Source: an uncultured Burkholderiales bacterium (GTDB taxonomy: Bacteria; Pseudomonadota; Gammaproteobacteria; Burkholderiales; Burkholderiaceae_C). Taken from it: a DNA stretch of 64,000 nt. Below the pieces are notes generated by a model that saw nothing but the letters and a program-made list of their open reading frames with translations, searched no databases and was not told where the DNA came from. The position numbers were made by a program, and so were the translations under genes. The stretch spans positions 312-64,311 of the forward strand of contig CAIMUZ010000182.1 of assembly GCA_903844775.1 (NCBI GenBank). The letters are read 5' to 3'. The first letter of the stretch is position 1. Every line of letters begins with the position of its first letter. Shown one piece after another: positions 62,652-64,000 of this stretch.

Positions 62652-64000
62652 TTAGAAGTTCAAGGTCCGTTTGTCCACTGCCAAGGCAGCTTCTTTGGTA
62701 GCTTCACTGAGCGATGGATGAGCGTGACAAATGCGCGCAATGTCCTCTGCACTGGCACGGAACTCCATGGCCACAACGGCTTCAGCGATGAGCTCACTGG
62801 CCATGGGCCCCACGATGTGAACACCCAAGATTTCGTCAGTCTTGGCATCGGCCAAGAACTTGACCATGCCCGTGGTGTCGCCCAAAGCGCGAGCCCGGCC
62901 ATTGGCCAAGAACGGGAAAGTTCCGGCTTTGTAAGCCACGCCATCGGCCTTGAGTTGCTGCTCTGTGCGACCCACCCAAGCAATTTCGGGACTGGTATAG
63001 ATCACCCAAGGCACCGTGTTGAAATTCACATGTCCGTGCTGACCGGCAATGCGCTCAGCCACGGCAACGCCCTCTTCTTCGGCTTTGTGCGCCAACATGG
63101 GGCCACGCACCACGTCGCCCACAGCCCAAACGCCAGGCAGATTGGTTTTGCATTCAGCGTCGACCACGATAGCGCCGCGTTCGTCCAACTGCAAGCCAAC
63201 AGCTTCTGCGTTCAAGCCAATGGTATTTGGCACTCGGCCAATGGAAACGATGAGTTTGTCAGCATCAATGCTTTGGGCTTCGCCCTTGGCGTTGGTGTAG
63301 GCCACTTTGACGCCTTTTTTGCCATTTTGAATCTCGCCGACTTTGACACCAAGTTCAATTTTCAAACCTTGTTTGTCAAAAGCTTTTTTGGCTTCCTTGG
63401 CAATTTGCTCGTCGACGAGGCCCAAGAAAGTGGGCAAGCCTTCAAGGATGGTGACATCGGATCCTAGACGGCGCCAGACAGATCCCATTTCCAATCCGAT
63501 GACACCAGAGCCAATTAGCACCAGCTTTTTAGGTACTGCACCCACATTCAAAGCGCCGTCGTTGGACAACACATTGACTTCGTCAAAAGGTGTCCCGGGC
63601 AATGAACGTGCATTGGAGCCTGTAGCCACAATGATGTTCTTACCAAGCAATGTTTCATTGGCAGCACCTGTCACGGTGACTTCGTATCCACCTTCAACGG
63701 CTTTACCAAATGCAGCGCGGCCATGAAAGAAAGACACTTTGTTCTTTTTGAACAAGTACAAAACGCCCTCGTTGTTTTGCTTCACCACATTGTCTTTACG
63801 TGCAATCATCTTGGCCACATCCATGCTGACCCCTTTCATCTCAATGCCGTGATCGGCAAAGTGATGGTTGGCTTGATCGAAGTGTTCAGAAGACTGCAAT
63901 AAGGCTTTGGAAGGAATGCAACCTACATTGGTGCAAGTACCACCAAGGGCTGGGCCGCCTGTTGCGTTTTTCCATTCGTCGACACACGCGACTTGGAATC
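62652..64000 (-). CDS. lpdA: Dihydrolipoamide dehydrogenase (5' end outside the window)
   Basis: GGTCTNVGCIPSK redox disulfide near 63905-63945, plus GSGVIGLE, LAHKA and HAHPSLSE motifs. Confidence 0.97.
   Translation of the reverse strand, partial: FQVACVDEWKNATGGPALGGTCTNVGCIPSKALLQSSEHFDQANHHFADHGIEMKGVSMDVAKMIARKDNVVKQNNEGVLYLFKKNKVSFFHGRAAFGKAVEGGYEVTVTGAANETLLGKNIIVATGSNARSLPGTPFDEVNVLSNDGALNVGAVPKKLVLIGSGVIGLEMGSVWRRLGSDVTILEGLPTFLGLVDEQIAKEAKKAFDKQGLKIELGVKVGEIQNGKKGVKVAYTNAKGEAQSIDADKLIVSIGRVPNTIGLNAEAVGLQLDERGAIVVDAECKTNLPGVWAVGDVVRGPMLAHKAEEEGVAVAERIAGQHGHVNFNTVPWVIYTSPEIAWVGRTEQQLKADGVAYKAGTFPFLANGRARALGDTTGMVKFLADAKTDEILGVHIVGPMASELIAEAVVAMEFRASAEDIARICHAHPSLSEATKEAALAVDKRTLNF

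Noticed and set aside
62718-63467. Long antisense ORFs (also 1342-1920, 8662-9279, 17521-18156, 62037-62627)
   Set aside because: They lie opposite well-conserved genes, show no recognisable motifs, and are expected from sense-strand codon bias.

Overview
The window is core chromosome from a Burkholderiales bacterium. Gene order and protein style suggest Comamonadaceae, possibly Limnohabitans-like (inference). From left to right it holds: (1) a minus-strand lipid/acyl-CoA catabolic block (acyl-CoA ligase, LIV-type ABC transporter, FadB/J-type enzyme, thiolase, acyl-CoA dehydrogenase and accessory enzymes) running into tex and a patatin-like gene; (2) selO-msrB-yciB-bolA-PPIase; (3) purL, map-glnD, ygiQ, a chromate transporter pair, rlmB and ybbA/tesA; (4) the conserved ndk-rlmN-pilW-rodZ-ispG-hisS-yfgM-bamB-der-hfq-hflXKC-hisZ-purA superoperon; (5) rluD/scpB/rluB, bamD, a DinG-family helicase, zapE and lpdA. 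I found no mobile element, prophage, CRISPR array, rRNA or convincing tRNA, and no clearly new multi-gene system. The best leads are small-scale. They are an in-frame TAG that cuts the catalytic tail off the acyl-CoA ligase, a 1-bp frameshift in metC, a highly structured ~150-nt leader before scpB-rluB, a perfect TetR/FadP-like operator, a recurrent GGG-N-AAACCC-type upstream motif, several candidate leaderless genes, and eroded rodZ/pilW/ybbA loci. All protein calls come from reading motifs by eye, not from database searches.
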